DNA from: a virus
Reading direction: 5' to 3' (one strand)
Virus record (IMG/VR): IMGVR_UViG_3300035152_000011
DNA: 64,000 nucleotides
The notes under the pieces were generated by a model. It saw nothing but the letters and a program-made list of their open reading frames with translations. It was not told where the DNA came from and made no database searches. Of the stretch, positions 27,052-37,315 are shown one piece after another (positions within the stretch are counted from its first letter, which is position 1; every line of letters starts with the position of its first letter). The position numbers were made by a program, and so were the translations under genes.

Positions 27052-27306
27052 GTGACTGGGATCAAGACAGTCGCAGTATCGATTGAAGAGATCGAGGAAG
27101 GGATCGAAATCTGTCGGGACGAGTCGTGCCCGATCATCGAGGTCCATGCGGCACACCCTGTTGTCCCTTCGATGCGCGGGCGGGCGCCGAAGAGCTGTCC
27201 GTTGTGCTTTCGACCAATTCCCCCCGGCCAGGGCCCACGCTGTCTGGTCTGTGGATGGGACCGCCGCAATTCCGTCTACGTGAAGAAAGGGAAGTCGAAT
27301 GCGTGA
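27052..27306 (+). CDS. small Zn-binding protein
   Basis: IEICRDESCPIIEVHAAHP motif shared with ORF 28816..29418; CPLC...CLVC. Confidence 0.45.
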   Translation: MTGIKTVAVSIEEIEEGIEICRDESCPIIEVHAAHPVVPSMRGRAPKSCPLCFRPIPPGQGPRCLVCGWDRRNSVYVKKGKSNA

Positions 27307-28165
27307 AATCGATATGTCGGGTCCAGCTCCGCTGTCCAGGACGACGTGCTTGTCCTACGGCGCGATGCGATCTGGGAAGACCCGTTGGGCGGCGAGCTGG
27401 CCACGGCCGTTGTTCTTCTCCGAATCTACAGAGGGCGGGTGGACCACGATCCGCAACATGGATGCCAACGCGCTGTGGGAACCGGATCGGCGGCCGCGTG
27501 TATGGGCCATCGAGAAGATCGCCGACATGATGCAAGCCATCGGCGACGTCGAGCCGTTGATCAACGCAGGCGAGGTACAGACCATCGTCGTCGATTCGCT
27601 GACGTTCTACAACGACCTACTGCTCGACACGTTGACCAACGCCCAATCGTCGGGTGGGCGTATGCCGGACATGCGCCGCGTCTACGGCGCGCTTGGCATG
27701 AACCTTCGGTCGCTGCGCGTGCAGATACACAACCTGCCGGTCAACGTCGTCTGGGTCTGCCTGGAAAAGACGCCGGACGGCGACAACCCCGTCGGCGCGC
27801 CCATGATCAGCGGTCAGCAGGCAATGAAGTTTGCCGCAGGCACTGACTATATTCTCTACCACCGATCCTACCCTCTCCAGGACGGATCGCTTCAGTTCGA
27901 GATCCGAACCAAGCGCTGGGGTGCGTACCCCGCGGGCGGCCGCGATGAAGGTGCGCTGCCCGACCCGCTAGGCTTCTGGTCCACGACCGAAGAGGACCCG
28001 GACAACGAGGTCTTCTTCTCTGACTGTACCTACCGGACGTTCGCCGACTGCCTCGGCATCACGACACCACCGGTAGCACAGTCCCAACCCACTGGACGAC
28101 CGGTCGGCGCAGCTCGTGCGTCTACCGTTTCTCAACAACGAGGGAGCGCAGCTGCGTCCCGCTAA
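27299..28165 (+). CDS. Sak4-like recombination ATPase (AAA_24)
   Basis: Walker A YGAMRSGKT, Walker B IVVDSL; overlaps upstream gene by 8 nt. Confidence 0.7.
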   Translation: MREIDMSGPAPLSRTTCLSYGAMRSGKTRWAASWPRPLFFSESTEGGWTTIRNMDANALWEPDRRPRVWAIEKIADMMQAIGDVEPLINAGEVQTIVVDSLTFYNDLLLDTLTNAQSSGGRMPDMRRVYGALGMNLRSLRVQIHNLPVNVVWVCLEKTPDGDNPVGAPMISGQQAMKFAAGTDYILYHRSYPLQDGSLQFEIRTKRWGAYPAGGRDEGALPDPLGFWSTTEEDPDNEVFFSDCTYRTFADCLGITTPPVAQSQPTGRPVGAARASTVSQQRGSAAASR

Positions 28166-28181
28166 CCCATAGGAGCAAATC

Positions 28182-28727
28182 ATGCCGCAGAACGAACCGA
28201 ACCAGTTTGTCGATTTCATCGACATGCGCCTGAACGACCCCGAGCTGGAAGGCTGGGACGGGCGCTCCAGTCGTGTGGAGCCCGGCTTCTACGACTTCGA
28301 GGTCACCGACGCACAGATGGGCCAGTCGGGAAAGGGAAACCCTACCCTGGTGCTCACCTACCGTGTGATCTCGGACGGCGAGATGAGCGGCCGGACCATG
28401 CGTCAGAGCTACGCGATCCTGCCGGACAACGACGGTGCCCGCCGTCGCATGAAGAACCTGATCGACGCTCTCGGCGCCGAGAGGGACGCCGAAGGCCGCT
28501 TCTCTCCGGCTGGCCTCGTCGGCTTGCAGATGCACGCCGAGGTCATCACCAACACCTACGACGACATCGACCCGCGGTCGGGCCAGCCCGTGACCAAGGA
28601 GTCGAGCAAACTCGTGGGCGAGGAGGCTATCATGGCGCAGCAGCCGGTGCAGCCCGCCGTTCCGCAGGGCCGTCCGGTCGCACAGCGTCGCCCCGGCAAC
28701 AACCAGGGTCAGCCGGTACGCCGGTAG
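28182..28727 (+). CDS. DUF669-like phage SSB-type protein
   Basis: About 180 aa with Gly/Pro/Gln-rich C-terminus, immediately downstream of the AAA_24 ATPase (conserved synteny). Confidence 0.6.
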   Translation: MPQNEPNQFVDFIDMRLNDPELEGWDGRSSRVEPGFYDFEVTDAQMGQSGKGNPTLVLTYRVISDGEMSGRTMRQSYAILPDNDGARRRMKNLIDALGAERDAEGRFSPAGLVGLQMHAEVITNTYDDIDPRSGQPVTKESSKLVGEEAIMAQQPVQPAVPQGRPVAQRRPGNNQGQPVRR

Positions 28728-28815
28728 ACGCAAGGGTCAGCAGGACGAGGAGCGCGCTGTCATAACCGGCGGCGCGCTTCTCGTCTGACTGGATCAACTG
28801 GGCAGTAGGGAAACA

Positions 28816-29418
28816 GTGAGGGAACCAATGAGACGCATCAACTGGTCGAAGCAGCCGCTTGGCAAGGTGCCGGACCGCGTCCTCGCGGATCGTCTCGGCG
28901 TCAGCCGCCAGGCCGTCTGTCGCGCCCGGAAGCGGTATGCCAGCGTCATTGCAGCGCGCGCCCAGCACGCGGCGATGGCCAAGATGGACGAATTCTACGA
29001 CGGCGTTCGGATCTGCCGTGACGACCGCTGTCCCCGGGTCGAAGTGCACGCGGCACATCCTATCCATGAGGAGACCCCGGACCCGTTCTACGACGCGGCC
29101 TACCCGCATCGCCGTGAGCAGCACGGTGAGACGTTGCGCGACATCATCTACGCACACGTCCCGACCCGCTACTGCAAACCCTTCCAGGATCTCTACGCGG
29201 ACGTCATCGACGACTACGGCTACGTCAACACCCGTGCGGTGTATCGTGCGTTGAAGGTGCTTGTCGGCCGCGAACAGATCATCAACGTGTCCCCAGGCAA
29301 GGGCAAGCGTCTTCCAGGTGGCTACGTCCGCAGCGACAGTCCATTGCTGTCAGACTCTGAGGGCGTGGACTTCCTGCTGAGCACACTGGAGGATCAGCGT
29401 CCAACGAGCTGGATGTGA
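28816..29418 (+). CDS. HTH transcriptional regulator
   Basis: HTH LADRLGVSRQAVCRARKR; shares ICRDDRCPRVEVHAAHP motif with ORF 27052..27306. Confidence 0.5.
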   Translation: MREPMRRINWSKQPLGKVPDRVLADRLGVSRQAVCRARKRYASVIAARAQHAAMAKMDEFYDGVRICRDDRCPRVEVHAAHPIHEETPDPFYDAAYPHRREQHGETLRDIIYAHVPTRYCKPFQDLYADVIDDYGYVNTRAVYRALKVLVGREQIINVSPGKGKRLPGGYVRSDSPLLSDSEGVDFLLSTLEDQRPTSWM

Positions 29419-32400
29419 GGCTACGGCCGCAAGCGGGACAGGGGCCGGTTCTGCGCGCTGCGCCGGCCCCGATGATTCGAGGCACTGTAGATGGCGCGTT
29501 GTGCAAGGACTGCCCGTTTTCCAAGAACGGGCAGCCCAACCGCGCTGTTGCCGGTGAGGGCTCAGCACGCCCCGACTGGATCATCGTTGGTGAGGGACCC
29601 GGCCAGAACGAGGTCGCCCTCGGCCGGCCGTTCTGTTTAGTGCCTGAAACACCGGTATTGATGGCCGACTTAACGTGGAAGCCACTAGGAGATGTGCGCG
29701 TCGGTGATCGTGTACTGGGCATCGACGAGCACGCTCCTCCGGGTCGCGGAGCGAGTGGCCGCAGCGCCCGTAAATGGCACGTCGCTGAAGTCACGGCCAC
29801 GTTCCGACGACGCACAGAAGCCATTCGCGTAACCACTGACAAGGGCATCTTGGAAGGCAGCGGGGATCATCCCGTCTTGGTACGGCAAGGTGGACATTTC
29901 AAGTCCAGCACGGGCAGCGGCTGTTGGCTGAAGATGGGCCAGACCCAGGCTGGAGCTAATCGGTACTCACGCATCATGTTCGTCGGACGCCCCTGGACAC
30001 AACGTACTGACTACTGGGCCGCGTGGCTTGCAGGGTTTCTTGATGGTGAGGGCCACGTTCTAGGCTCGAAGTCGCGTAGCAAACGCAAGAAGGATTGCAA
30101 GGCTGGATTCTCGCAGAACGAGGGGCCAGTGAATGATCGCGCGTGTGCAGCAGTACGCGCGCTCGGCTTCGATTTGAATGCTAAGGAAGAGAGCCGTACT
30201 AATGGCATTGTGTGTTGTCGCTCAACCGTTCGAGGCAGTGTTGCGACGACGATGCGCTTCTTGGGTGAGATCCGCCCTGAACGGCTGATCGATAACTTCC
30301 AAACGACAATCGAGGACAAGTCAATTAGAGGTCTGTCCTCTGGACGTGTGCTCAACCGCGAACGTATTGGCGTTCGGGATTTGATCGACATCACAACCAC
30401 GACTGGGACATTCATTGCCAACGGTTTCGTGGTGCATAACTGCGGTGCGTCGGGCCAGCTCGTCAACAAAGCGCTTGACGCTATCGGCCAGGACCGACGT
30501 CGCCTGTTCGTGACCAACGCGACGCTGTGCCTGCCGACACCAGACGCCACCGACGGCGACAAGAACAAAGCGCGCAAGTGCTGCGAGCCCCGCTTCACTG
30601 CTGAGATGGCACAACGCCCCGAGATACCTGTGCTCGCGCTCGGCGCCGTCGCTACGCAGGCGATGCTCGGTCGTAACGTCTCCATTCAGGAGATGGCGGG
30701 GTCCTATCACCAGGTCAACACTGACGGCTCCGGTTTTCGTGCGGTGATTCCTACGATCCACCCTGCGGCGATCCTCCGCGGTGGTGCGGGCATTGGCGGG
30801 GCGCATTCACCTGACATCGCCTTCTGGAACCTGATGTACGACGCCGCGAAGGTCAAGTCCATCGCCGAGGGCAAGGACATCGTCTTTCGCGAAGACGACA
30901 TCGTCATCGAGTACACCGACCCGAAGCGAGCTGAGCAGCTCATGCGCGAGATGCTCAAGGAAGCTCGCCGTATGCGCATGGTCGCGTGCGATACCGAGAC
31001 CTACGTCGATGACGAGCAACGCCACTCCGCGTTGCAGCCCATCAACGCCAAGCTCAGTGCTATCGGCTTTGCCACGCCCAACTGGGGACTCTCGCTTGCA
31101 TGGAACGTCGTCACGCCAGCCTGCAAACGGCTTATGGCTGCGCTTATGGCCGATCCCGGTGTCCGGCTGGTCATGCACAACCGGATCTACGACCGCGGGG
31201 TACTCCGACGTCACGGCATGCCGGTCTACGGACCGTGCGACGACACGATGTTGAAGCACCACTGCGCGTTCCCGGGCCTCTCCCACAACTTGCAGCGGGT
31301 CGGCACTCAATACTTCGCGATCACGCCCTGGAAGTCGGAATTTCGTCAGGGCAAGGACACCATCGAGAACCTGTGTCGGTACAACGCCAAGGACACACTG
31401 GTCACGGCGCGTCTCGATGAGCCTCTCGACATCGCGATGGAGCGTACCAAGTCGCACCGGTGCTACGAGATCGACTTGCTCTGCGCCGAAGCGGCTGAGT
31501 GGATGTACGACGCGGGCATCCCAATTTCCCGTGAGGTGAACCAGAGCCTCTACGATCAGTTCTGGGAGAACATGCAGCGGTCACGCGCTGAGATCGAGGA
31601 GAAGGCCAACGATCCAGCTATGCGCGAGAAGCTCCTTGACCGTGTAGCGCTCGAACAGGCTAAACGTGTCCGTAAGGGTTCGCCCGCAAAGGTGGACCCT
31701 GAAGAGTTTGAGGTGCGCCAGCAGGTGCGCCTCGACGAGATCCGCATCCAGGCCGATAAGGGCGCCTGGAAATGGAATGTCAACTCGAAGGCGCACTTAG
31801 CCGGTTGGCTCAAGGTGCACGGCCTGAAGCCGCCGGTCACCAAAAAGGGCGCTGCCAGCGTCACGAACAAGTGGCTCAAGGACCAGGCTGACAAGCACCC
31901 AGCCATCAAAGCGCTCTACGAGTGGCGTCTAGGTAAGAAACAGGACGACACTCTCCGCGAGATCGTTGACGGTGACGCGGCCCGGCCAGAGATCCAAGAA
32001 GAGCTATGGGTTGCTATTGCCTTCGAGCAGGCCAAGACGATTCGCAAGCCGACGGGCAAGCCGCCCGACCCGGAGGACTTCGAGGAGCGTCAGAAGGTGC
32101 GGCTCAAGGAGCTGCTCGATGCGGCCGAGAAGGGTCAATGGGAGTGGAATGTCGGCTCGTCCGATCACATCGCAGCCTATCTCAAGGCTCGCGGCGTGCC
32201 CCTCTACTTCCAGACCGAGAAGGGCGCGACCTCGACGAAGAAGGAGATCCTGGAGAGCTTCGCGCACATCCCCGAAGTCCGCGCGCTGCTCGACTACCGC
32301 GAGAACCAGAAGATGTTCTCGACCTTCGTCTACTCGTTCTTCGACCGGTACGATGAAGACGGCAATATCGTCAAGTACGGGCACGCTGATCAGAACGACC

Positions 32401-33242
32401 GCCTGCATCCGCGCTGGAACGTCCATCGCATCACTGGCCGTTGGAGCGCTGAGGACCCGCAGAGTCAGAACTGGCCCAAGGCCGATAAGAAGAAAGGGCG
32501 GCCGAATCTGCGCTCACAGGTCGTCGCGCCCGACGGCCGCATCCTAGTCGGCTTTGACTTCGCGCAGCTCGAAGCACGCATCATCGCGTTGCTCTCAGGC
32601 GATCCATTCCTCTGCGACATCTTCACGTCGGGCAAGGACATCCACAGCGAGTTTGCGCGCATCGTCTGGCCCAACTTCGACGACCTGCCGTACGAGCGCC
32701 GAAAGGTGCTACGCGATACCGTGAAGCGGCCGGAGTACGGTGCATTCTACGGCGGGTCCATCGAAACGCTCTGGAAAAACGTCGTCAAGGACTACCCGGA
32801 CGTGAAGCAGGCCGACATCGCGCGCATGGTCACGCTGATGACCGCGCGTATGCCCGGCGTCACCATCTGGCACCAGCAACTTCTCCGCAACGTGGCCCGA
32901 CCTCCGCACGAGCTGCGCTCAGCGATCTACGGCCGGCGTCGCTGCTTCCCGCTTGGGAACGCTGACATGAATGACGTCTTCAACTTCCCGGTCCAGGCCA
33001 CAGGATCCGACATTATGGCCACCGGCCTGATCCGCTTGATGCCGCGGCTGCGTAACAACTACGTCAACGCGAACCCGATCATCCAGATTCACGACGCCAT
33101 CGTCTTCGAGTGCGACGAGGAAGACGGCGACCGCCTTATGGCCGATGTGAAGGAGTGCTTCGAGCAGACGCACACCCATAACGGCGTGACAGTCGATTTC
33201 CCCGTCGATCCCGCAAAGGGAAGGAGCTGGGCCGATGTCTGA
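29415..33242 (+). CDS. UDG (family 4)-DNA polymerase I (family A) fusion with intein
   Basis: UDG4 motif GEGPGQNEVALGRPF then intein then CGASGQLV and HPAAILRG. 3-prime-5-prime exo DEDDy (DTETY, HNRIYDRGVL, YNAKDT). Pol motifs A VGFDFAQLEARI, B RRKVLRDTVKRPEYGAFYG, C IQIHDAIVFE. Confidence 0.85.
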   Translation: MRLRPQAGQGPVLRAAPAPMIRGTVDGALCKDCPFSKNGQPNRAVAGEGSARPDWIIVGEGPGQNEVALGRPFCLVPETPVLMADLTWKPLGDVRVGDRVLGIDEHAPPGRGASGRSARKWHVAEVTATFRRRTEAIRVTTDKGILEGSGDHPVLVRQGGHFKSSTGSGCWLKMGQTQAGANRYSRIMFVGRPWTQRTDYWAAWLAGFLDGEGHVLGSKSRSKRKKDCKAGFSQNEGPVNDRACAAVRALGFDLNAKEESRTNGIVCCRSTVRGSVATTMRFLGEIRPERLIDNFQTTIEDKSIRGLSSGRVLNRERIGVRDLIDITTTTGTFIANGFVVHNCGASGQLVNKALDAIGQDRRRLFVTNATLCLPTPDATDGDKNKARKCCEPRFTAEMAQRPEIPVLALGAVATQAMLGRNVSIQEMAGSYHQVNTDGSGFRAVIPTIHPAAILRGGAGIGGAHSPDIAFWNLMYDAAKVKSIAEGKDIVFREDDIVIEYTDPKRAEQLMREMLKEARRMRMVACDTETYVDDEQRHSALQPINAKLSAIGFATPNWGLSLAWNVVTPACKRLMAALMADPGVRLVMHNRIYDRGVLRRHGMPVYGPCDDTMLKHHCAFPGLSHNLQRVGTQYFAITPWKSEFRQGKDTIENLCRYNAKDTLVTARLDEPLDIAMERTKSHRCYEIDLLCAEAAEWMYDAGIPISREVNQSLYDQFWENMQRSRAEIEEKANDPAMREKLLDRVALEQAKRVRKGSPAKVDPEEFEVRQQVRLDEIRIQADKGAWKWNVNSKAHLAGWLKVHGLKPPVTKKGAASVTNKWLKDQADKHPAIKALYEWRLGKKQDDTLREIVDGDAARPEIQEELWVAIAFEQAKTIRKPTGKPPDPEDFEERQKVRLKELLDAAEKGQWEWNVGSSDHIAAYLKARGVPLYFQTEKGATSTKKEILESFAHIPEVRALLDYRENQKMFSTFVYSFFDRYDEDGNIVKYGHADQNDRLHPRWNVHRITGRWSAEDPQSQNWPKADKKKGRPNLRSQVVAPDGRILVGFDFAQLEARIIALLSGDPFLCDIFTSGKDIHSEFARIVWPNFDDLPYERRKVLRDTVKRPEYGAFYGGSIETLWKNVVKDYPDVKQADIARMVTLMTARMPGVTIWHQQLLRNVARPPHELRSAIYGRRRCFPLGNADMNDVFNFPVQATGSDIMATGLIRLMPRLRNNYVNANPIIQIHDAIVFECDEEDGDRLMADVKECFEQTHTHNGVTVDFPVDPAKGRSWADV
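29634..30440 (+). mobile_element. intein (LAGLIDADG homing endonuclease type) in UDG domain
   Basis: Begins CLVPETPVLMADL (Hint N-terminus), contains WLAGFLDGEGHV, ends FVVHN followed by extein Cys. Confidence 0.75.
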
Positions 33243-33627
33243 TACGGATGCAGAGCTGGTCACCTTCGCGACTGCTGCTTCGGGGTACTACGCGATCTAC
33301 GTCCCCGACGCACCGCAAGCCCAAGACGCCCAGCCCGTGTTGCTGAATGTCGTTGGCTGGGCAACGCTTCGCGACTCCGAGGGCAACATGATCTCGGTCG
33401 CGTACGTGCCACAGCCGTACTCCGACCAGCTCGTCCGCGCAGACGCGATCCCTGGCTTCGTCAGCCTAATTGGACCCAATCCGCAGTCCGATCACAAGGC
33501 GGGCGCCACACGCATACTCGGCGAAGCGCAGGCGCATCGAAGTGCCCAGCTCGCCCGCGAAGCGAACCGTCGGCGCCGAGCCAAGTCACACCTGTCAGGT
33601 AAAAAGAGACTCAAGGTAGCGAAGTGA
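33235..33627 (+). CDS. hypothetical protein
   Basis: 130-aa ORF overlapping the polymerase stop by 8 nt. Confidence 0.45.
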   Translation: MSDTDAELVTFATAASGYYAIYVPDAPQAQDAQPVLLNVVGWATLRDSEGNMISVAYVPQPYSDQLVRADAIPGFVSLIGPNPQSDHKAGATRILGEAQAHRSAQLAREANRRRRAKSHLSGKKRLKVAK

Positions 33628-34265
33628 GTGCAGCGCCGTACATTGTCTTCGAGGGAATCGACGGCTGTGGCAAGACCACGGTCTCGATGGCAGTCGTGGC
33701 TGCGATCAGAAACCAGGGAGCAGCCGTCGCGCATCTGCGCCAGCCCGGCAGCGTTTCGCGGGCTGGTCAGCTCATCCATGAGGTCTTCTCCGGCCGTATT
33801 ACCTTCGAGTCGAAGGCGATGCTCTGGCTATTCGCGGCCGAGCTGGCCGACCTCGAACCCCGAATCGAGATGATGCGCGACAAAGGTGTGATCGTGGTCT
33901 CCGACCGTCATACCATGTACTCGGGGTTCGTTTATCAAGTGCCCATTCACGGTCGGCACGTCGTCGAAGCCGTGCTGCGAGAGATCGATCCCGCGCCGCC
34001 AACGCATACGTACTTGATCGACGTCCCGGCCGAAGTCGCCATGGCACGGCAAGCGCGTCGGGGGAAAAAGCGTAACGCGCTCTACGAGCCGGCTGACATA
34101 GAGCGTCTCGAACAGCTCGCAGTGCGCTACCGTAAGTTGCCTGAGTGGCTAGAGCCCCCGACCTTCTGGCCGCGCAACATCAAAATCCTCGACGGCCAGC
34201 GACCGATCCAGGAGAATGTTCAGTCCGTGCTCGACGACCTCGAACTGGGAGACGACTATGACTGA
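33624..34265 (+). CDS. tmk: thymidylate kinase
   Basis: P-loop FEGIDGCGKTT, DR(H/Y) motif VVSDRHTMYS; about 210 aa. Confidence 0.8.
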   Translation: MSAAPYIVFEGIDGCGKTTVSMAVVAAIRNQGAAVAHLRQPGSVSRAGQLIHEVFSGRITFESKAMLWLFAAELADLEPRIEMMRDKGVIVVSDRHTMYSGFVYQVPIHGRHVVEAVLREIDPAPPTHTYLIDVPAEVAMARQARRGKKRNALYEPADIERLEQLAVRYRKLPEWLEPPTFWPRNIKILDGQRPIQENVQSVLDDLELGDDYD

Positions 34266-34602
34266 ACCCACCCGCGACCCCGAGAAGTACGACTGCCAAC
34301 GCGACGTGAAGACGTCGCCGTCGTCTACCAGGACGACAACGCTCGAAGGTTACTACGCTACCGGCGACAACGAATGCTTCTGCTTCGACAAGTGCGACGG
34401 GCCGTTTGCTCACTACGAGAACCTACGGAGCCGCCCCGACTATCAAGAGTGGGTCGAGTGCAGCAGCGACCGCGATCCCGAATTCGACCCGGACGAGTGC
34501 CGCGTGTATCCCAACGACTTGATCCCCGAGGGCACAAACGGGAAGCACGGGACCTGGGTCATTACCGTCACGTTTACGCCGACCGAGGGGGAAAATGCCT
34601 GA
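34258..34602 (+). CDS. hypothetical protein
   Basis: ATG overlaps the tmk stop (ATGACTGA); Cys-containing small protein. Confidence 0.4.
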   Translation: MTEPTRDPEKYDCQRDVKTSPSSTRTTTLEGYYATGDNECFCFDKCDGPFAHYENLRSRPDYQEWVECSSDRDPEFDPDECRVYPNDLIPEGTNGKHGTWVITVTFTPTEGENA

Positions 34603-35119
34603 CATCTTCATCGACCTGGACCGGACAGGTTCCTGGTTCGTGTTCTACACGCCGTACAACCCGCTGTTCGTCTCCGAGCTGAAAGCTCGTGTGCCGTCAC
34701 CCAACCGGCGTTGGGTCCCGGAAGAGCGCGCCTGGTGCGTCTCACGGACGTACTGGGTGACGGCGCAGGATCTACTCCGCAAGCATTACCCCGAAGGCGA
34801 GTTTCAGATGGGACCGACGGCAGCAGCCGCCGACATTACGTTGGACCAGATCGACGACGAGGCGCAGGCCGACGTCCGCGATTACACCGTCCTCGGATTG
34901 CGGCCGGACGCACCCGACTGTGTAGTCCATGCTGCCTACCTTGCGCTCGAAGCGAGCTGGTCAAGCGTTGAACCGGCCATCCTCGTCAACGCAGGTTTCT
35001 ATTCTCTCGACCAGACCCGACGAGCCTACCGACGGGTCTGCGCAGCTCGGCAGATCCCGAGCGAGCCTCCACCTGACATGGCGTCGCTGATCGCAATGCG
35101 AGCCCACGATGCAAGCTGA
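34595..35119 (+). CDS. hypothetical protein
   Basis: 174-aa ORF overlapping upstream stop. Confidence 0.4.
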   Translation: MPDIFIDLDRTGSWFVFYTPYNPLFVSELKARVPSPNRRWVPEERAWCVSRTYWVTAQDLLRKHYPEGEFQMGPTAAAADITLDQIDDEAQADVRDYTVLGLRPDAPDCVVHAAYLALEASWSSVEPAILVNAGFYSLDQTRRAYRRVCAARQIPSEPPPDMASLIAMRAHDAS

Positions 35120-35209
35120 TCGAACGAAGACTGAGCTGTGGCTCTGGCACGATCTTGTTGATCGTGCCCGCCGCTGTGGTCAGCCGTCACGTTTGGAGCT
35201 GAGCACGCC

Positions 35210-37315
35210 TTGGCGCCCGAACTGGATGTTGGGATTGGCGCCAGCACTACTGCTCCTGTTCCTTGCCCTGCAATGGATTCTCTAATGGACTACATCGACA
35301 AGACCTTCTCGCTCGGCGGCTACCTTGCGCAGCACCACTCCGGCTACGAGGTGCGCGAGGGCCAAGTCGCGCTTGCACGGCAAGTCCACACCGCGATGAA
35401 GAAAGAACGGACGCTGCTCGCTGAGGCTCCGTGTGGGTCGGGCAAAGGATTCGCCTACGCGGTTCCAGCTATCGAGCAAGCGCAGAAGAAACGGCGCACG
35501 GTCATCGTCACGGCCAACATCGCATTGCAGGCCCAGCTCATCGAGAAAGACTTGCCGACGTTGGCCAAGGCGCTGCCCGTGCCGTTTCACGCAGCGCTGC
35601 TCAAAGGGCGCAACAACTTTCTGTGCAACCACAAGCTCTTCCAGATAGACACCATGCGCCGGGCGATGGGCGAGATGGCGTTTCGTAAGTCGTATGGGCT
35701 CTCTCGGACCCAAGAGGATCTACTTCTTGCGGTCCTTGCGTGGGCTGATACGACCCATACCGGTGATCGCGAAGAGCCGCAGTTTCCCGCCGACGCGGCC
35801 GGCTCCGATGGTATTTGGCATCTCGTCTCTGTTGGTCAGGATGACTGCATCGGTCGCGGTTGTGCAGCCGCCCGTGAGAGGACGTGCTGGGCCAACAACC
35901 ACCGCCGCGAGGCGTTGAAGGCCAATATCATTGTCACCAACTACCACTTGCTCTTCGCGCACTGCAAGCTCAACGCGCTGAACCCCACGAATGGCATCCT
36001 GCCGCGCTTCGAGAACTTGGTCATGGACGAAGCGCACGAGGCGGCACGCATCGCACGAGACTTCTTCGGCGCGCGCATCAGTTACCCACGGTTCAAACGG
36101 ATCGCCGAGATGATGAAGCACGAGCTGAAGCTCGACGGCAAGGCCATCACTGATACAGGTCGCTGGCTCATGCAGGCTGTGGGCGCCTGCGCCGAGACCA
36201 TCGAATACCGCGCGAAGGGTCGCCTCGACAAGGCCGACATCATCGACGTTGAGGATACCGTCAAGCTCCTCCGAGAGGCCGTGAACGCGGCGTCCAAAGT
36301 GGCCGACGAAATCTGCCCAAGTAGCGAATGCTACGCGGGGCTGAGCGACGAAGCCCAGGAGACGTACCACAAAGCGAGGATGGTGGAGCGCAACGCAGAA
36401 ATCCTTGCGCATGACGTCAATGAAGCGTTCCACACGCCGCACGAAGACAGGGTCTACTGGATTCAGATCGAGAAGAGACGTCCGATCCGTGTCGAAGCGC
36501 GGCACCTCGACGTGGCCGACGTGTTCCGCACGCGGGTACTTCCCCAAGCGCGTTCGGTTACGTTGACCTCGGCGACGCTCACCGCGATGGGTACCTTCGA
36601 TCTGGTGCGCAGCGAGTTGGGCATTGGGAAGGCGATGGAATTCGTAGCCGAGTCCCCATTCGATTTCCGCGCAAGCGCACGACTGGTCGTCGCCGACAAG
36701 AAGCGCCTCGCGCCGGCCAGCCAAAATCGCGAACAGTACAACCATGCGGTACTGCCCTTGTATAAGGAGATCCTCGACCTCTGGCCTGGCCGAACGCTCT
36801 GCCTCTTCACGGCGATCACCGACCTGGAGTGGATGCACGAGCGCCTCGACGGCTATGGCGGCCGCACGGTATACAAGCAAGGCGAGTTTTCGCGTCCGCT
36901 CCTCGCGCAGTACTTCCGCGACGACGCGGAGTCAGTGCTTATGGGCGTGGATAGCTTCTGGACCGGTGTTGATGTACCAGGGCCGAAGGCGATCATCATT
37001 CACAAGCTGCCGTTCCCGTACCAGGACGTCGTGCTCAGGGCTATCGCAGCGCGCATGTCCAAGGACGAGTGGTTCAAGGGCCGTTACTACCCGTGGATGA
37101 TCACCAAGCTCCGACAGGGTGTTGGCCGACTGCTGCGCCGAACAGGTGACTACGGACTCATCATCTGCATGGACCGACGCATCACCGACAAGTGGGCCTA
37201 CGCCGACGCTATTCGGCGCAGCCTGCCGTTCCAATCCTTCATCCGTACTGACGAGCTGTACAAGCTCAAGCCCTTCCTCCAGTCCAATGCTGATGACCAA
37301 GCCATCGCTGTCTGA
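35210..37315 (+). CDS. DinG/Rad3 (XPD)-family ATP-dependent helicase
   Basis: Walker A AEAPCGSGKGFAY, DEAH box VMDEAHEAA, about 700 aa with helicase C-terminal motifs. Confidence 0.8.
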   Translation: MAPELDVGIGASTTAPVPCPAMDSLMDYIDKTFSLGGYLAQHHSGYEVREGQVALARQVHTAMKKERTLLAEAPCGSGKGFAYAVPAIEQAQKKRRTVIVTANIALQAQLIEKDLPTLAKALPVPFHAALLKGRNNFLCNHKLFQIDTMRRAMGEMAFRKSYGLSRTQEDLLLAVLAWADTTHTGDREEPQFPADAAGSDGIWHLVSVGQDDCIGRGCAAARERTCWANNHRREALKANIIVTNYHLLFAHCKLNALNPTNGILPRFENLVMDEAHEAARIARDFFGARISYPRFKRIAEMMKHELKLDGKAITDTGRWLMQAVGACAETIEYRAKGRLDKADIIDVEDTVKLLREAVNAASKVADEICPSSECYAGLSDEAQETYHKARMVERNAEILAHDVNEAFHTPHEDRVYWIQIEKRRPIRVEARHLDVADVFRTRVLPQARSVTLTSATLTAMGTFDLVRSELGIGKAMEFVAESPFDFRASARLVVADKKRLAPASQNREQYNHAVLPLYKEILDLWPGRTLCLFTAITDLEWMHERLDGYGGRTVYKQGEFSRPLLAQYFRDDAESVLMGVDSFWTGVDVPGPKAIIIHKLPFPYQDVVLRAIAARMSKDEWFKGRYYPWMITKLRQGVGRLLRRTGDYGLIICMDRRITDKWAYADAIRRSLPFQSFIRTDELYKLKPFLQSNADDQAIAV

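Noticed and set aside
29282-30685. Minus-strand ORFs inside the polymerase/intein region
   Set aside because: Antisense to a gene with clear UDG, intein and polymerase motifs.
35720-36880. 386-aa minus-strand ORF inside the DinG gene
   Set aside because: Antisense to the helicase, which has DEAH and Walker motifs.
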